64,000 nucleotides of DNA, taken from the IMG/VR virus record IMGVR_UViG_3300010938_000009, positions 1 through 64,000 of that record. One strand, 5' to 3'. This stretch comes from a virus. Shown piece by piece: positions 38,847 to 49,058 of this stretch. The notes below the pieces were generated by a model that was not told where the DNA came from, searched no databases, and worked only from the letters and a program-made list of their open reading frames with translations. Made by a program: the position numbers and the translations under genes. Position 1 is the stretch's first letter. Every line of letters starts with the position of its first letter.

Positions 38847-39720
38847 AATTTAGGTATATTCCAGTATTTAGGTACTTATGTATAAACTCTTGTTTCTTAT
38901 AAATCATAGTGTGAATAACATCTTGTACCATTTTTCTATCTGCAGTACTAGTATAATCAAAGATTCTACTAAAGTCAACATCTAAAGGATAAGTAATTAA
39001 AGGGCAATCTGACCAAGTTACTCTAACTGATCCAAAAAGGGTTCTTACAGTTTCTATATTAGTTCCTGTAATCATTGAACTATCACATTTAGCTAGTACT
39101 ACTTTATCAGCAGCATTAGCATTTACAGCATCTTGACCGTCTACCCAATATTCGTTCACTATTAAGTTTTTATAATCATTTACTGATAATTTCATTCTAT
39201 CTGCACATTCTTTTTCAATATTTTCCATTCGTCTAGTCCAATATTCTACTCTACTATTTAATTCTCCAGGAATTTGACCACTTACGCTACCTCTAGCTCT
39301 GTGTGACATTAGAGTACCATGAGGTAATATTAATCTCTCGCCTAAACTTTGCGCCATAATAAAACCCATACTAGCTGCAAAGTTAGTAATAGTTTTAATT
39401 TCTTGAGGTAAAGCTTTTAAAGAAGTTATAAATTCTTGTCCAGATACTACATCTCCTCCTGGAGTATCAAGTACTAGATAAATAGTGTCTTGAAATTTAT
39501 TAGCACTACTTAATTTAAATATCTTTTTTTGTACTTCTGTAACTGATTCTCCAGTAACAGCTCCTCTAAATACTACAGTATTACTTTTAGTCAAAGTAAT
39601 TAAAGGTATTTCTTTACCTTCTACAGTTTTTTTACCTGGCTTATTTAAGCCTGGAAAGTCAAAAGCTAATAAACTAGTGATTACTAGTAATAAAGCTGTT
39701 AGTCTTATAAGTTTTTTCAT
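38836..39720 (-). CDS. ClpP/S14-like protease with signal peptide
   Basis: L.TPGG.V, AASMG (Ser), LMSH (His), W...DAV...AD; N-terminal MKK plus hydrophobic stretch. Confidence 0.75.
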   Translation of the reverse strand: MKKLIRLTALLLVITSLLAFDFPGLNKPGKKTVEGKEIPLITLTKSNTVVFRGAVTGESVTEVQKKIFKLSSANKFQDTIYLVLDTPGGDVVSGQEFITSLKALPQEIKTITNFAASMGFIMAQSLGERLILPHGTLMSHRARGSVSGQIPGELNSRVEYWTRRMENIEKECADRMKLSVNDYKNLIVNEYWVDGQDAVNANAADKVVLAKCDSSMITGTNIETVRTLFGSVRVTWSDCPLITYPLDVDFSRIFDYTSTADRKMVQDVIHTMIYKKQEFIHKYLNTGIYLNYVK

Positions 39721-39729
39721 ATACTCCTC

Positions 39730-39972
39730 TTATTTGTTCTCAGCAGCTTTACTGCTAGAATCATTACCAAAATCACCTTTACTTCCGAAGCTAAATCTTC
39801 TACCAAAGTATAAGGCTGTTGTTGTATATAGGAACTCTTGTAGAGGTCCTACGCCACTTACTATACCTACTAGTGATAGTCCTGCTGCTATTAAATAAGC
39901 TGCTATAGCTATATTTAACATAGTTAGACTTACTGAAGGTTCCCCTGTTTTAGGATCTATCATATATTTCAT
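39730..39972 (-). CDS. Small 2-TM membrane protein (holin-like)
   Basis: Two TM helices, LYFGRR, charged tail. Confidence 0.5.
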   Translation of the reverse strand: MKYMIDPKTGEPSVSLTMLNIAIAAYLIAAGLSLVGIVSGVGPLQEFLYTTTALYFGRRFSFGSKGDFGNDSSSKAAENK

Positions 39973-40154
39973 ATTATCTCCTCGTTATTTAGATAAATTT
40001 GTTTACAAGATATAAGAAAGTCTTGTAATTTTAAATCTTGCTTCATAAAATTTACGTAACTACATACTAATGAGCAATATTTTCTAATTTTGTTCCAATT
40101 AGTAACTCTAAAAGAATTGTTACAATGTTCACAATTTTTATAATTATTAATCAC
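39969..40154 (-). CDS. Small zinc-finger protein
   Basis: CEHC...F......KYCS..C. Confidence 0.45.
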   Translation of the reverse strand: MINNYKNCEHCNNSFRVTNWNKIRKYCSLVCSYVNFMKQDLKLQDFLISCKQIYLNNEEII

Positions 40155-40155
40155 T

Positions 40156-40800
40156 TTATAAAACTCCTATATGAGGGTTAAAAGTGCAATTAGAATAATC
40201 AATTTTTTTTATACCTAATCTTTTCAACCAACCTAAAGACACTGCTATAGCATCATATAGATCATTAGGTGTTTGTCTGTTGTTTTTTGTTATATTTGAT
40301 ATAATTTCATTAGGGACATTTAAAACTTGTAAAACTTTTTGTTTAGTAGGCTCTTTATAGTCCCTTTTACCTTGAGAAGTATCAGGTTTGATACCTAGTT
40401 CACTTCTCCATTGTTGGGGGTAAATTGAAGTAACTTTTACTCCATTTTCTGCCGCCCCTACTTTAATAGCGCCGACCATTTCACTAACTACCATACAGCC
40501 CATAGCTTTTTTAGGATTTACACTATAATGTTCGTAAACTATATGGTCAACTTGTTCTACTACTTCAAAATAAGTCATAATAGCGTTAAACATATAGGAA
40601 AACTTCTCTTGGTGGTCCCAATTAGGGTCTAACCATAAAGCTCCTGCAGACTTAATATTAGCTTTCTTATTAATAAAGTCTACAGCTACTTTACAATAAC
40701 CTGTACAACTAGAACTAATATCTAGAAATAACACGTTAGCAGCATCTACATTAACTTCGTTATCTGTTAGTAGTTTTTTAATTTCATCTAGATCTTCCAT
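40156..40800 (-). CDS. RuvC-like Holliday junction resolvase
   Basis: LFLDIS...TGY, IVYE, P.QWR, K......, D..DAIAV. Confidence 0.75.
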   Translation of the reverse strand: MEDLDEIKKLLTDNEVNVDAANVLFLDISSSCTGYCKVAVDFINKKANIKSAGALWLDPNWDHQEKFSYMFNAIMTYFEVVEQVDHIVYEHYSVNPKKAMGCMVVSEMVGAIKVGAAENGVKVTSIYPQQWRSELGIKPDTSQGKRDYKEPTKQKVLQVLNVPNEIISNITKNNRQTPNDLYDAIAVSLGWLKRLGIKKIDYSNCTFNPHIGVL

Positions 40801-41314
40801 ATTTACTTTTAAACTCCTGTATTAAGTCGTTAGCTAAATTTACATCTCCAGCTTTATAAGCTATTCTAATACGTTTATTTAACTCTCGTTTTATTTTATG
40901 TTGTTGTAATTCATTAAAATGACTAATTCTAGTATTTACCATTTTAGCTAACTCTATATCATTATTAATGTCTTTACCTTTTTTTACAGCCACTTTGTAT
41001 AATATATCGGATAGTTCTTGTTTATCTTCAGGAGCTAGAGCAGCTAAACTAAGTAGTTCTTTTAGTTCTGATAATACCCTTTCATATTCTTCTTTAGTAG
41101 CGGTTTTAGTTAAAGTGTTAATTTTAGTTTTAATTTGTTTTATACCTATATCATAATACATTTGATTAGTTTGTTTTATAATCTGTTTAGTAGTAAAGTT
41201 AGGTAAGTTTTTACGTCTTTGTCTTCTTTCTATAAAATTATCATACCATAATAGAATATTAAAATAAATATTACCTAAAAAGCTAGTATAAAATAATTTT
41301 TTAATACTTTTCAC
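40784..41314 (-). CDS. Hypothetical protein
   Basis: 176 aa coupled ORF. Confidence 0.55.
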   Translation of the reverse strand: MKSIKKLFYTSFLGNIYFNILLWYDNFIERRQRRKNLPNFTTKQIIKQTNQMYYDIGIKQIKTKINTLTKTATKEEYERVLSELKELLSLAALAPEDKQELSDILYKVAVKKGKDINNDIELAKMVNTRISHFNELQQHKIKRELNKRIRIAYKAGDVNLANDLIQEFKSKYGRSR

Positions 41315-41726
41315 CTTTTAATACTCCTTTTACATTAGGGTTGTGTTTTTGAGCTTTAGTTCTATTAGAGCAAGTAGTACATTTTCTAAAATACCAAGGA
41401 TTACCTTGTTTAGTATATAATACTATTTCTAAATAACCTGTCCCACATTGTAAACATTTCCATTCATCTTTTAGTTTTTCTAAAATATCTTCTCTTTCTT
41501 CTAATTTATCTTCATAGTAATATTTATCTAATAGTTCTTTAACATTATTATAATCATCTAAGTCAATTCTTGCTAACTGTTTTCTTAAAGCTCCTATTTG
41601 TTTCTTTAACTTATCATTCTCTCTTTTTAATTTCTGTAGTAAGTCATGTTCTTTATCCGTATGAACTCTTCTTTTCATAATACCTCTTATAACTTTATTT
41701 ACCTGTATGACCAAAACCTCCAGCAC
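41301..41726 (-). CDS. Coiled-coil plus zinc-ribbon protein
   Basis: CLQC...CTTC. Confidence 0.55.
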   Translation of the reverse strand: MLEVLVIQVNKVIRGIMKRRVHTDKEHDLLQKLKRENDKLKKQIGALRKQLARIDLDDYNNVKELLDKYYYEDKLEEREDILEKLKDEWKCLQCGTGYLEIVLYTKQGNPWYFRKCTTCSNRTKAQKHNPNVKGVLKGEKY

Positions 41727-42144
41727 CTCTACTACTAGTACTTAAATCAGTTACTTCTTCATATTCTACTTCAGGGTAAGGCATTATTATAAGTTGTCCT
41801 ATTCTATCTCCATATTGATATTCTAAGTGTTCTTTATTATCTTTGTAACTTAGTCTAAGTTTTATTTCACCTCTATAATCACTGTCAATTACTCCTATAG
41901 AATTAATTAAAGTATGACTAGTTTTGCTTATACTAGATCTAGGAAATACTAGTCCTACATATCCTTCAGGTATTTGTATAGCTAATCCTGTACCAAACTC
42001 TATGTATTCAAAGTCTAAGTTTTTATAACCATCTATACAGTATAAGTCATACCCTGCAGAACTTTCAGTACCTCTAGTTGGCGTAAAAGCGTTTTCTACT
42101 AGTTTTTTAAATTTAATTTTTAGTTTTGAGGAAGATTGCAGCAT
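41695..42144 (-). CDS. dut: dUTPase
   Basis: SAGYDL, PRSS, GVIDSDYRGEI, RIGQL, RG.GGFGHTG. Confidence 0.95.
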   Translation of the reverse strand: MLQSSSKLKIKFKKLVENAFTPTRGTESSAGYDLYCIDGYKNLDFEYIEFGTGLAIQIPEGYVGLVFPRSSISKTSHTLINSIGVIDSDYRGEIKLRLSYKDNKEHLEYQYGDRIGQLIIMPYPEVEYEEVTDLSTSSRGAGGFGHTGK

Positions 42145-42343
42145 TATCGTCTCTATTTGGTTGTACCATTTCTTTCATAACTAGAATAGCTTGTTCTAGT
42201 TGTTTATATTCACTACCTTTTTTAGTACCTAATTTTATATGTAGGTTAATACCTATTTTTATTAAGTATTCTCCAGTTACAGCAATTAAATTTCCTATAA
42301 CTATTGGAATATTAGCTATAAGGTTTTTCATTTTTTCCACCAT
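42113..42343 (-). CDS. Hypothetical protein
   Basis: Coupled ORF. Confidence 0.45.
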   Translation of the reverse strand: MVEKMKNLIANIPIVIGNLIAVTGEYLIKIGINLHIKLGTKKGSEYKQLEQAILVMKEMVQPNRDDNAAIFLKTKN

Positions 42344-42633
42344 CCCTTTATATCTTTTTTATCTTCTAATTCTTTACGTTCTTCTTTAAGTTTTTTAATT
42401 TCTTCATACATAAAAGCTACAGTTCTTTCGTACAACTTATTAGAGTCTTCTATACCAATAAACTCACTAGTAGCGGCTTTTATTTCATCGTTCTTATGTG
42501 CCATAGTATTTAAAAGTGCTACTTTAACTTGCATTTCACTCTCCGTCGCTATAATGTTCAATAATTTGTGCGCTACCCCATTTTTCTCTATTTTCGTTTT
42601 TATAATCGTCAATAGCTCCTGGCTCATTGGCAA
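42328..42633 (-). CDS. Hypothetical protein (start probably internal)
   Basis: Overlaps the end of the recA-like gene. Confidence 0.45.
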   Translation of the reverse strand: MPMSQELLTIIKTKIEKNGVAHKLLNIIATESEMQVKVALLNTMAHKNDEIKAATSEFIGIEDSNKLYERTVAFMYEEIKKLKEERKELEDKKDIKGWWKK

Positions 42634-43465
42634 ATATTTTATCTGCCACTATAACAAATTCTCCGCTATTTTTAACGCTATTAATATGATTCTTTCTTAC
42701 TACAATTTTACTAATTATTCCAAAAGCTAACTGTTGTCCATCAACTATAGCTTTTAGTTCTTTTACTTTTTTTGTTTCTATTTGTAATGAGGATACGTAT
42801 TTTAGTTTTTTACCGCCTCTAGGTTTATTAGTTGCTTGGCCTCCAGGAAATTGAGCTGGTTCTACGTAAATTTGATTTAATACTACCATTCCAACATAAT
42901 GTGGAGCAGTATCATATCTAGTATCATTAATTTTATCAGACAAAATCATCAAATGTTCAGTTATTACTTTTGCATTTTGTTGATGTACGTTTTTTAGTTT
43001 AGTAGTTCCGTCTTTTTGATCCATTCTAGCTGCTCTACAATTAACGCTACCTAACGAATCAATAAATATTAATGTATCATAAGGTAGTTTTCCTCTATTT
43101 ACATCTGCTATAATTTTATCAGCAAACTCAAAAACATCTTCTATTGACTTACAAGAAAAATTCATAATAGCTTGTTTCTCGTCAAAACCCATTGCTGCGG
43201 CTCTTTCTTTTCTATATTTTTTTTCAATAATTATCATTACTGTAAATATTCCCTGTTGTTGAGCTTTTGCAGCAGCTTCTAGCATTAATGAGCTTTTTCC
43301 TGTATCAGAATCCCCGTAAATTTCAGTTATATCTCCTAACGCAAATCCTGGAAGTCCTAAACAACTTTGTAATTCTTCGTTAAGAATAACGTATTTTGGT
43401 TCTTTTTCTATTAATTCAGTTAATTGCAAACTATTTTTATAAGCTTCTAAATTAAATTTTGCCAT
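42536..43465 (-). CDS. RecA/UvsX-like recombinase
   Basis: ITEIYG...TGKS Walker A, IDSLG Walker B, LNQ, GG..L.Y, KN. Confidence 0.85.
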   Translation of the reverse strand: MAKFNLEAYKNSLQLTELIEKEPKYVILNEELQSCLGLPGFALGDITEIYGDSDTGKSSLMLEAAAKAQQQGIFTVMIIIEKKYRKERAAAMGFDEKQAIMNFSCKSIEDVFEFADKIIADVNRGKLPYDTLIFIDSLGSVNCRAARMDQKDGTTKLKNVHQQNAKVITEHLMILSDKINDTRYDTAPHYVGMVVLNQIYVEPAQFPGGQATNKPRGGKKLKYVSSLQIETKKVKELKAIVDGQQLAFGIISKIVVRKNHINSVKNSGEFVIVADKIFANEPGAIDDYKNENREKWGSAQIIEHYSDGE

Positions 43466-43832
43466 TTCTATCCTTTATAAAACCTTCACAGATTTTAATA
43501 TAACCGTCTTCTAATTCGTCATTTATACTTGGCCCATAACATAAGTGGTGCCAACCAAAAGTCTTATCTACACGATCTTTAGAACTATAAGGTTCTATAT
43601 ATTTAATCCATTTTTTTACTAATTTAGTTAGTTCTTTATCTAGTTTAGAGTTTATTTGTACTTTACGAACGTCTATTTCTTTATTCGGCGGCAAATAGAA
43701 ATTATCTTTACTATATAAAGCCTTATTCATTGGATAAGCTTTATGTAATAACCACCAATATAACCTAGTATAAGGACAATTCTCTCTAGACTTTGCCTCA
43801 AACTTCTTAAGAGTTCCTATCTTGAATAACAT
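43452..43832 (-). CDS. Hypothetical protein
   Basis: 126 aa coupled ORF. Confidence 0.5.
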   Translation of the reverse strand: MLFKIGTLKKFEAKSRENCPYTRLYWWLLHKAYPMNKALYSKDNFYLPPNKEIDVRKVQINSKLDKELTKLVKKWIKYIEPYSSKDRVDKTFGWHHLCYGPSINDELEDGYIKICEGFIKDRNGKI

Positions 43833-44157
43833 TAATTACTCCTGCTAAAGTACGTTTAAGTCTAGGAGTAGCATTTTCTAAGTTCCTGATTAACTCATTA
43901 ATATCTACTGCATCAGTTCTACCTGTACTACGTCTAATCCTATTACTAGCTCTTAAAGCTCCGTAAACGGACTGTAATCTATAACCTAGTCTTCTATAGT
44001 ACTTATTATCAGATTCTACAAGGAACCTGACTAGTTGGTTCACAGTTACTGTTCTATGATTATTAGTTGAATCACCTATATAACCTTTAATACTATTATT
44101 ACCTACAGTACTTACTACTGTACTTACGTTATTTACAAATGTATTTACTACTGACAT
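43807..44157 (-). CDS. Hypothetical Arg-rich protein
   Basis: 116 aa with SD AAGGAG. Confidence 0.55.
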   Translation of the reverse strand: MSVVNTFVNNVSTVVSTVGNNSIKGYIGDSTNNHRTVTVNQLVRFLVESDNKYYRRLGYRLQSVYGALRASNRIRRSTGRTDAVDINELIRNLENATPRLKRTLAGVINVIQDRNS

Positions 44158-44166
44158 ACTTACTCC

Positions 44167-44751
44167 TTATAATTTATCTGCGTACATATCAAACAATGAC
44201 CTTCTAAGCCTATGTTGTGGTGTAATACCTATAGCAGCTAGAGTCTTTTCACCTTCTTTTAGCACGTCTTTAACGGTTATACCTAGTTCAGTTACTTTCT
44301 CTTTATTAACTTCTACTTCTATAAATCTACCTACTTCTTTCATATTCTTATCATAAACAGTATAATATACATAATTCAAATTATCAAGAAAATAAATGAA
44401 ACAAGACTTAAATATTCTAAAGTTTTCTTTCATACCTTCAAAGTCTAGAAAGTCCTTTATAGCCTTTTCAGTTATCTTTTTAGGGTCTAGTGGTAGATCA
44501 GCTTCTACTCGTTCCCATACAGATTCTTTTAGTCGTCTTTTTTTAGTTAGTTCTGGAGTTTCGTCGCTTTTTCTATACCTAGCAAAGAAATCTCTACGTT
44601 CATTTAGTGTGTAATACACATCCCATGAACTACGTTCTAAGCGTTTAATAGTACTTAGTTTAGCCATTAGAGCTTCAAAATCTTGAAGTTTAATGTCTGT
44701 GGCATCATATTTAAATTCTAACTCTAATGGTTCGTTATTAACATTTTCCAT
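44167..44751 (-). CDS. CYTH-domain (triphosphate tunnel) protein
   Basis: N-terminal ELEFK, DVYY, RYR, LT.K, R.E, FIEVE. Confidence 0.75.
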   Translation of the reverse strand: MENVNNEPLELEFKYDATDIKLQDFEALMAKLSTIKRLERSSWDVYYTLNERRDFFARYRKSDETPELTKKRRLKESVWERVEADLPLDPKKITEKAIKDFLDFEGMKENFRIFKSCFIYFLDNLNYVYYTVYDKNMKEVGRFIEVEVNKEKVTELGITVKDVLKEGEKTLAAIGITPQHRLRRSLFDMYADKL

Positions 44752-44781
44752 AATATTTTTAGTTTATACCTCATTATCATA

Positions 44782-44810
44782 AGTATAAACTGTTATTTTA
44801 TTATTGTCAA
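44782..44810 (-). promoter_or_regulatory. Sigma70-like promoter
   Basis: TTGACA-N17-TATACT. Confidence 0.75.
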
Positions 44811-44824
44811 GTATTATTTTCATT

Positions 44825-47800
44825 TTATTTACTTTCTGCCCAATTATCTGAAATTACGGGTTCAGCTTTTAAGGGTACGCTGATTTTAATAGTATTTTCC
44901 ATAGTTTCTTTCATAATTTTACTGGCTATTTCGGATTGGTCTTCCCTTACTATACAAGTAACTTCATCGTGAACCATAAGTAAAATATCTGCGTCGATAT
45001 TATTAGCTTTAAAAGCTTTTGTTAAAGCTATCATAGATCTATTTATTATAGTTGCAGCTAAGCCTTGAATTTTAAAATTTTTAGCATTATTTAGAAGATT
45101 TTTATACTCTCTTCTTACCTTTTCTAGACCTTTTTTAGCTGCCCATTTATAATCTAAAATCTCACTATCATTATACATTGCTGCAGTTAATCTAGCTTGT
45201 TTTAAATGTCTTACTCTACCAAATTCCGTTTTTACAAAACCATATTTTTTAGCTTCATAATTACATTGATTCATATATTTTTTTAAATTAGGGTAAGCTT
45301 CTAAATAATCATTAATAATTCTATGAGCTTCTTGCCAAGATACGTTCAGTATATCCTTCACTCTTGAAGCTTCAGCACCATAAACTACTGCTAAGCAAAA
45401 AGCCTTACTTTTTTGTCTAGCTTCTTTTTCATGTAAACCTAGATAATTAGGATCTTTTTTATTAGCGCTATAATCACTTAAATTAAAAACATCAATAGCA
45501 ATACGACTATATAGGTCTTCTCCATTTCTAAACACATTTCTGAGAGACTCATCGCCTGAAACATGAGCAAAACATATCGGTTCCAGACTATTATAATCGG
45601 CATTAAGTATTTTATAACCTTCTGGAGCTATAAAACCTTTTCTAATTTGATTAGAATATTTTAAAACTATTTCAGATATGCCAGAATCTTCGTCTTTTAT
45701 TCGAGGTAAATTTTGACAGTTACCTGTTATGAAGGTATCTGAACCTCTACGAGCTATAAACATAGAACTAGGAACAGAAACACACCAAACCTTTTCACTA
45801 GAGATCTCTGAATTTATTTCAGCATTTGCTGTTAAAGAGAAATTTCTTTTAGTTATTTGTAACTCATAATTATTATTATTAGCTATTGTTTTATAAATTC
45901 TTTTGTGTGCTCGCCAACCTTCCATAACACACAAGGCTTGTATTAAATCGACATTTAATTCTTCATTAGAACTATAGTTACATTTTCTAGTACTAAGATC
46001 ATCCCATTCAAATATCTCTTTTAATACTGTCTTTCTTTCTTCTGAACCTAAAGTTACCCAATTATTAGGAAATATTTTTTCATAACCAATAATATTAATG
46101 ATAGCGTCTTTACAACCACTAACTAAAATTTCATACATACCATTTTTAGATTTATCTTCTACTAAGAATTTAAAATTATTTAAAATCTCAAGTAACCTAT
46201 TATATTTTCTTTTTTTATAAAATCTAAATCTTATTTTAGAAGAATCTTTTCTTATTTCTGAATCCGCTTGACACGCTACTACAAACCTTAACCAATTTAA
46301 ATCATAACCTTGAGGAATTGTTAAAGTGTGTATTCCATGATAAATTCTAGCATCTTTTGGAAAATTTTTTGCAGGTTTTTCGCACATTTTATTGTTATTA
46401 TGTCTATCAAAGTAGATAATTCTATGATTATCTGTCAGTCTCATATTAAGGTGTTGATTTTTAATAGTAATAATAGTTTTATTATTATTTTCTGATAAAT
46501 AAATATTATCTGGTGTTTCAAAAATTATTTTATCACCATCAAAACTAGCTATTTCGGTATATTTATTTATTTCGTTATATTTTTTAAAACCTTTATTCGT
46601 AAGAATTTCTGTATCCAAACTCAAACAATTTGGATTCCTACTACTATATCTACCTGAAGTAGTACCAAATTGTAGCATACTCGCATAAATATAACCATCT
46701 ATTTGTCTTTCTAAAATACCTTCTACATAAGTTGATAATAGTTTATTAAGTTTCTTATAATCTAATAATTTCTTTATAGCACTTTTACGTTTAGCTACTA
46801 ATTCTAGGAAATCATCGTCAATTTTAGGTTTACCTGTTTCAGTTTTCTCTTGAGGATTTAACTTCCATACCTTACATATCAAGTATGCTAAGTGATCATT
46901 ACTAGACAAATTAAACACGTACTTTCTATTCTGATCAGCTAACAGCATATTTCGTTGTACAGCCTGTAATATAGAATCTGCTAGTTTATAAGGACTATTA
47001 CTTATTATACTATCGTAAAAGTCTGAGTGAATAGGAGTTAGTTCTTTTTGTTTCTCTATAGCTTTCTTAGCTAGAGTTACTTTACCTGTCTTAACACTTA
47101 CTGGTAAAGGTATATTAAGATGTTCTGCTAGTTTTACTGGAAATAAACCACTAGTTTTGATAGGATAGTCCTTATCTAGTAACTCTTGTTCAAAATTAGC
47201 TACTAGAGGTTTAATTTCTTGCATTATTTCAGTTTCCAGTTTAAGTATTTCTTGAGTAATTTCAGTTTTTAGGTTATTAAAGTGATCTAAGTCTATTTTA
47301 AAACCTTTACGTTTCATATTAATAGTAACGTGCTTATATAAAGGCATTACCTCATCCACGTAAAATAGGTTTACTAGGTCTTCTTCTATAAGTCTTGACT
47401 CATATATATTAAATAACATTATGGTTAAAATAACGTCATGACAACAATATTCTGATAGGATTTCTGTGTCGGCCAAATGTATGTCTTTTTGAGTCTTGAC
47501 GAATTTTCCGCCGTTAGCTAATACGTTTTCTTTTAGTTTATCTTGAGCTTTATCGGCCCAATCTCCTAGCTCTTTAGTAGCTATTTCTTTTAGAGCAAAG
47601 GGAGGTTCTTCTTCTAAAGTATGTTTTTGTAGGATAGTATCTGAATAAATATAGTCTGTTAAGTTTATACCTAAATTATTCTCTATAACTAGAATATCAT
47701 ATATAATGTTGTGACCAATAAGTCTAAATTTAGAACAGGTATCTTCAAGCCATTGACTTATAGTTATTTGTTGTTCTTTAGTCCAAGTTTCTGAACCATC

Positions 47801-48004
47801 TTTATTGCGCCACACAATATAGAAAGCCTTCTTTTCATTAAAGCATAAACCTATACCGTATAATAAGGCTATCTTCTCTATTTCAGAATTAGATTCTACA
47901 TCTAATACTATATTTTGAGAATTTACTTGATTAGTGTATCTTACTAATTTATTAAAGTCTTCTATATTTGAAATGGTGTAAGTACTAAATTCTGGTTTAA
48001 TCAT
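44825..48004 (-). CDS. polA: Family A DNA polymerase with 3'-5' exonuclease and intein
   Basis: LDVE, HN..YD, Y...D exo motifs; T.SGR.SS.NPN; AD...LE (motif A); R...K......YG (motif B); MVHDE (motif C). Confidence 0.93.
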   Translation of the reverse strand: MIKPEFSTYTISNIEDFNKLVRYTNQVNSQNIVLDVESNSEIEKIALLYGIGLCFNEKKAFYIVWRNKDGSETWTKEQQITISQWLEDTCSKFRLIGHNIIYDILVIENNLGINLTDYIYSDTILQKHTLEEEPPFALKEIATKELGDWADKAQDKLKENVLANGGKFVKTQKDIHLADTEILSEYCCHDVILTIMLFNIYESRLIEEDLVNLFYVDEVMPLYKHVTINMKRKGFKIDLDHFNNLKTEITQEILKLETEIMQEIKPLVANFEQELLDKDYPIKTSGLFPVKLAEHLNIPLPVSVKTGKVTLAKKAIEKQKELTPIHSDFYDSIISNSPYKLADSILQAVQRNMLLADQNRKYVFNLSSNDHLAYLICKVWKLNPQEKTETGKPKIDDDFLELVAKRKSAIKKLLDYKKLNKLLSTYVEGILERQIDGYIYASMLQFGTTSGRYSSRNPNCLSLDTEILTNKGFKKYNEINKYTEIASFDGDKIIFETPDNIYLSENNNKTIITIKNQHLNMRLTDNHRIIYFDRHNNNKMCEKPAKNFPKDARIYHGIHTLTIPQGYDLNWLRFVVACQADSEIRKDSSKIRFRFYKKRKYNRLLEILNNFKFLVEDKSKNGMYEILVSGCKDAIINIIGYEKIFPNNWVTLGSEERKTVLKEIFEWDDLSTRKCNYSSNEELNVDLIQALCVMEGWRAHKRIYKTIANNNNYELQITKRNFSLTANAEINSEISSEKVWCVSVPSSMFIARRGSDTFITGNCQNLPRIKDEDSGISEIVLKYSNQIRKGFIAPEGYKILNADYNSLEPICFAHVSGDESLRNVFRNGEDLYSRIAIDVFNLSDYSANKKDPNYLGLHEKEARQKSKAFCLAVVYGAEASRVKDILNVSWQEAHRIINDYLEAYPNLKKYMNQCNYEAKKYGFVKTEFGRVRHLKQARLTAAMYNDSEILDYKWAAKKGLEKVRREYKNLLNNAKNFKIQGLAATIINRSMIALTKAFKANNIDADILLMVHDEVTCIVREDQSEIASKIMKETMENTIKISVPLKAEPVISDNWAESK
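45719..46627 (-). mobile_element. Intein (303 aa) with probable degenerate LAGLIDADG domain
   Basis: PN|CLSLDTEILT..G...T.NH...KVWCVSVP...F.ARR.....TGN|CQNLP. Confidence 0.88.
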
Positions 48005-48011
48005 ACTTATA

Positions 48012-49058
48012 TTATACTATACTTTTATTTAGTTTGTCAATAGCTTCTGCAAATATTTCTGTATCTAATCCTAATGAAATTCTAGCTCTAGTTTTATCTC
48101 CAAAATAAACTCCGTCTATAATATTAACTTTAGCTTTTTCAGTAGCTTTAATAAAATTTTTACCTTTCTTTAAAAAGGCGAACATACCATTAGGTTTAAT
48201 ATCATTAGGGTCTAATATCGACTTATCAATTTGTTTTAACTTATTAATATTGACTCCTAGTTTATTTTTACATTGATTATGAAAGTAGGTTTCAGCGTTA
48301 GGATTATTATAGAAGAATACTTCTATATCGTATAATATCTTTTGAGAGAAATCACTTGTACCCATTGTAGTAATTTCTAAGTATTCCGACATCTTAGTAG
48401 CTAGTTCCTCTGACTCACAAATTGCATAACCTATTCTTAAGCCTGATAATCCGAACTTTTTACTACAGGATACTAAATGTATATTACCTTTAACTTCTAG
48501 TTTATGATTAGGTAGATATTGTTGACAATAGTAAGCCCCATCAAATATGATAGGTTTATCTGAAGTATAACTTATATAATCTATATTACTATCAGGGTTA
48601 TTAGGAGCTGTAATTAAGCTAAAGTCTGCGGTAGCTTCTTTATGTACCATCTTACAACCTTCTTTATTAATAAGTACAGGAAATGATAGCCAATAAGGTT
48701 TAGGTACGTATATGTTAGCCTTCTTATCGTCTCTTAAAGCATATATAGCGGCTGATAAGCCTTGTTTAGCCCCGTTAGTAATAACTACAGGCTTCTGGTA
48801 TTTAAAGCTTAGAAATTGCTTTAATTCATCTGTACCTGCTGCTGGAGGGTATTTAGAGTTCCTAGGGTCAAATCTATAGTTTAGAGTTTCTCCAAATGTA
48901 GTTAAAGTCTTCTCTAAGGCTCTCTTAATTATATCAGGTTCGCCTATAGTTAAATTTATAGTACCTTCTGGTAAGGGATTTCTAGCTAATACTAGATCAT
49001 TTTTTAGATATTTTACCATTACTGTATGCCGAGTTGTTTTTGCCGGATTTAATTTCAT
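48012..49058 (-). CDS. PLP-dependent class I/II aminotransferase
   Basis: NL.IGEP, YP..G, TNGAKQ, PNNP, D.AY, S.SK.FG.SGLRIG. Confidence 0.85.
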   Translation of the reverse strand: MKLNPAKTTRHTVMVKYLKNDLVLARNPLPEGTINLTIGEPDIIKRALEKTLTTFGETLNYRFDPRNSKYPPAAGTDELKQFLSFKYQKPVVITNGAKQGLSAAIYALRDDKKANIYVPKPYWLSFPVLINKEGCKMVHKEATADFSLITAPNNPDSNIDYISYTSDKPIIFDGAYYCQQYLPNHKLEVKGNIHLVSCSKKFGLSGLRIGYAICESEELATKMSEYLEITTMGTSDFSQKILYDIEVFFYNNPNAETYFHNQCKNKLGVNINKLKQIDKSILDPNDIKPNGMFAFLKKGKNFIKATEKAKVNIIDGVYFGDKTRARISLGLDTEIFAEAIDKLNKSIV

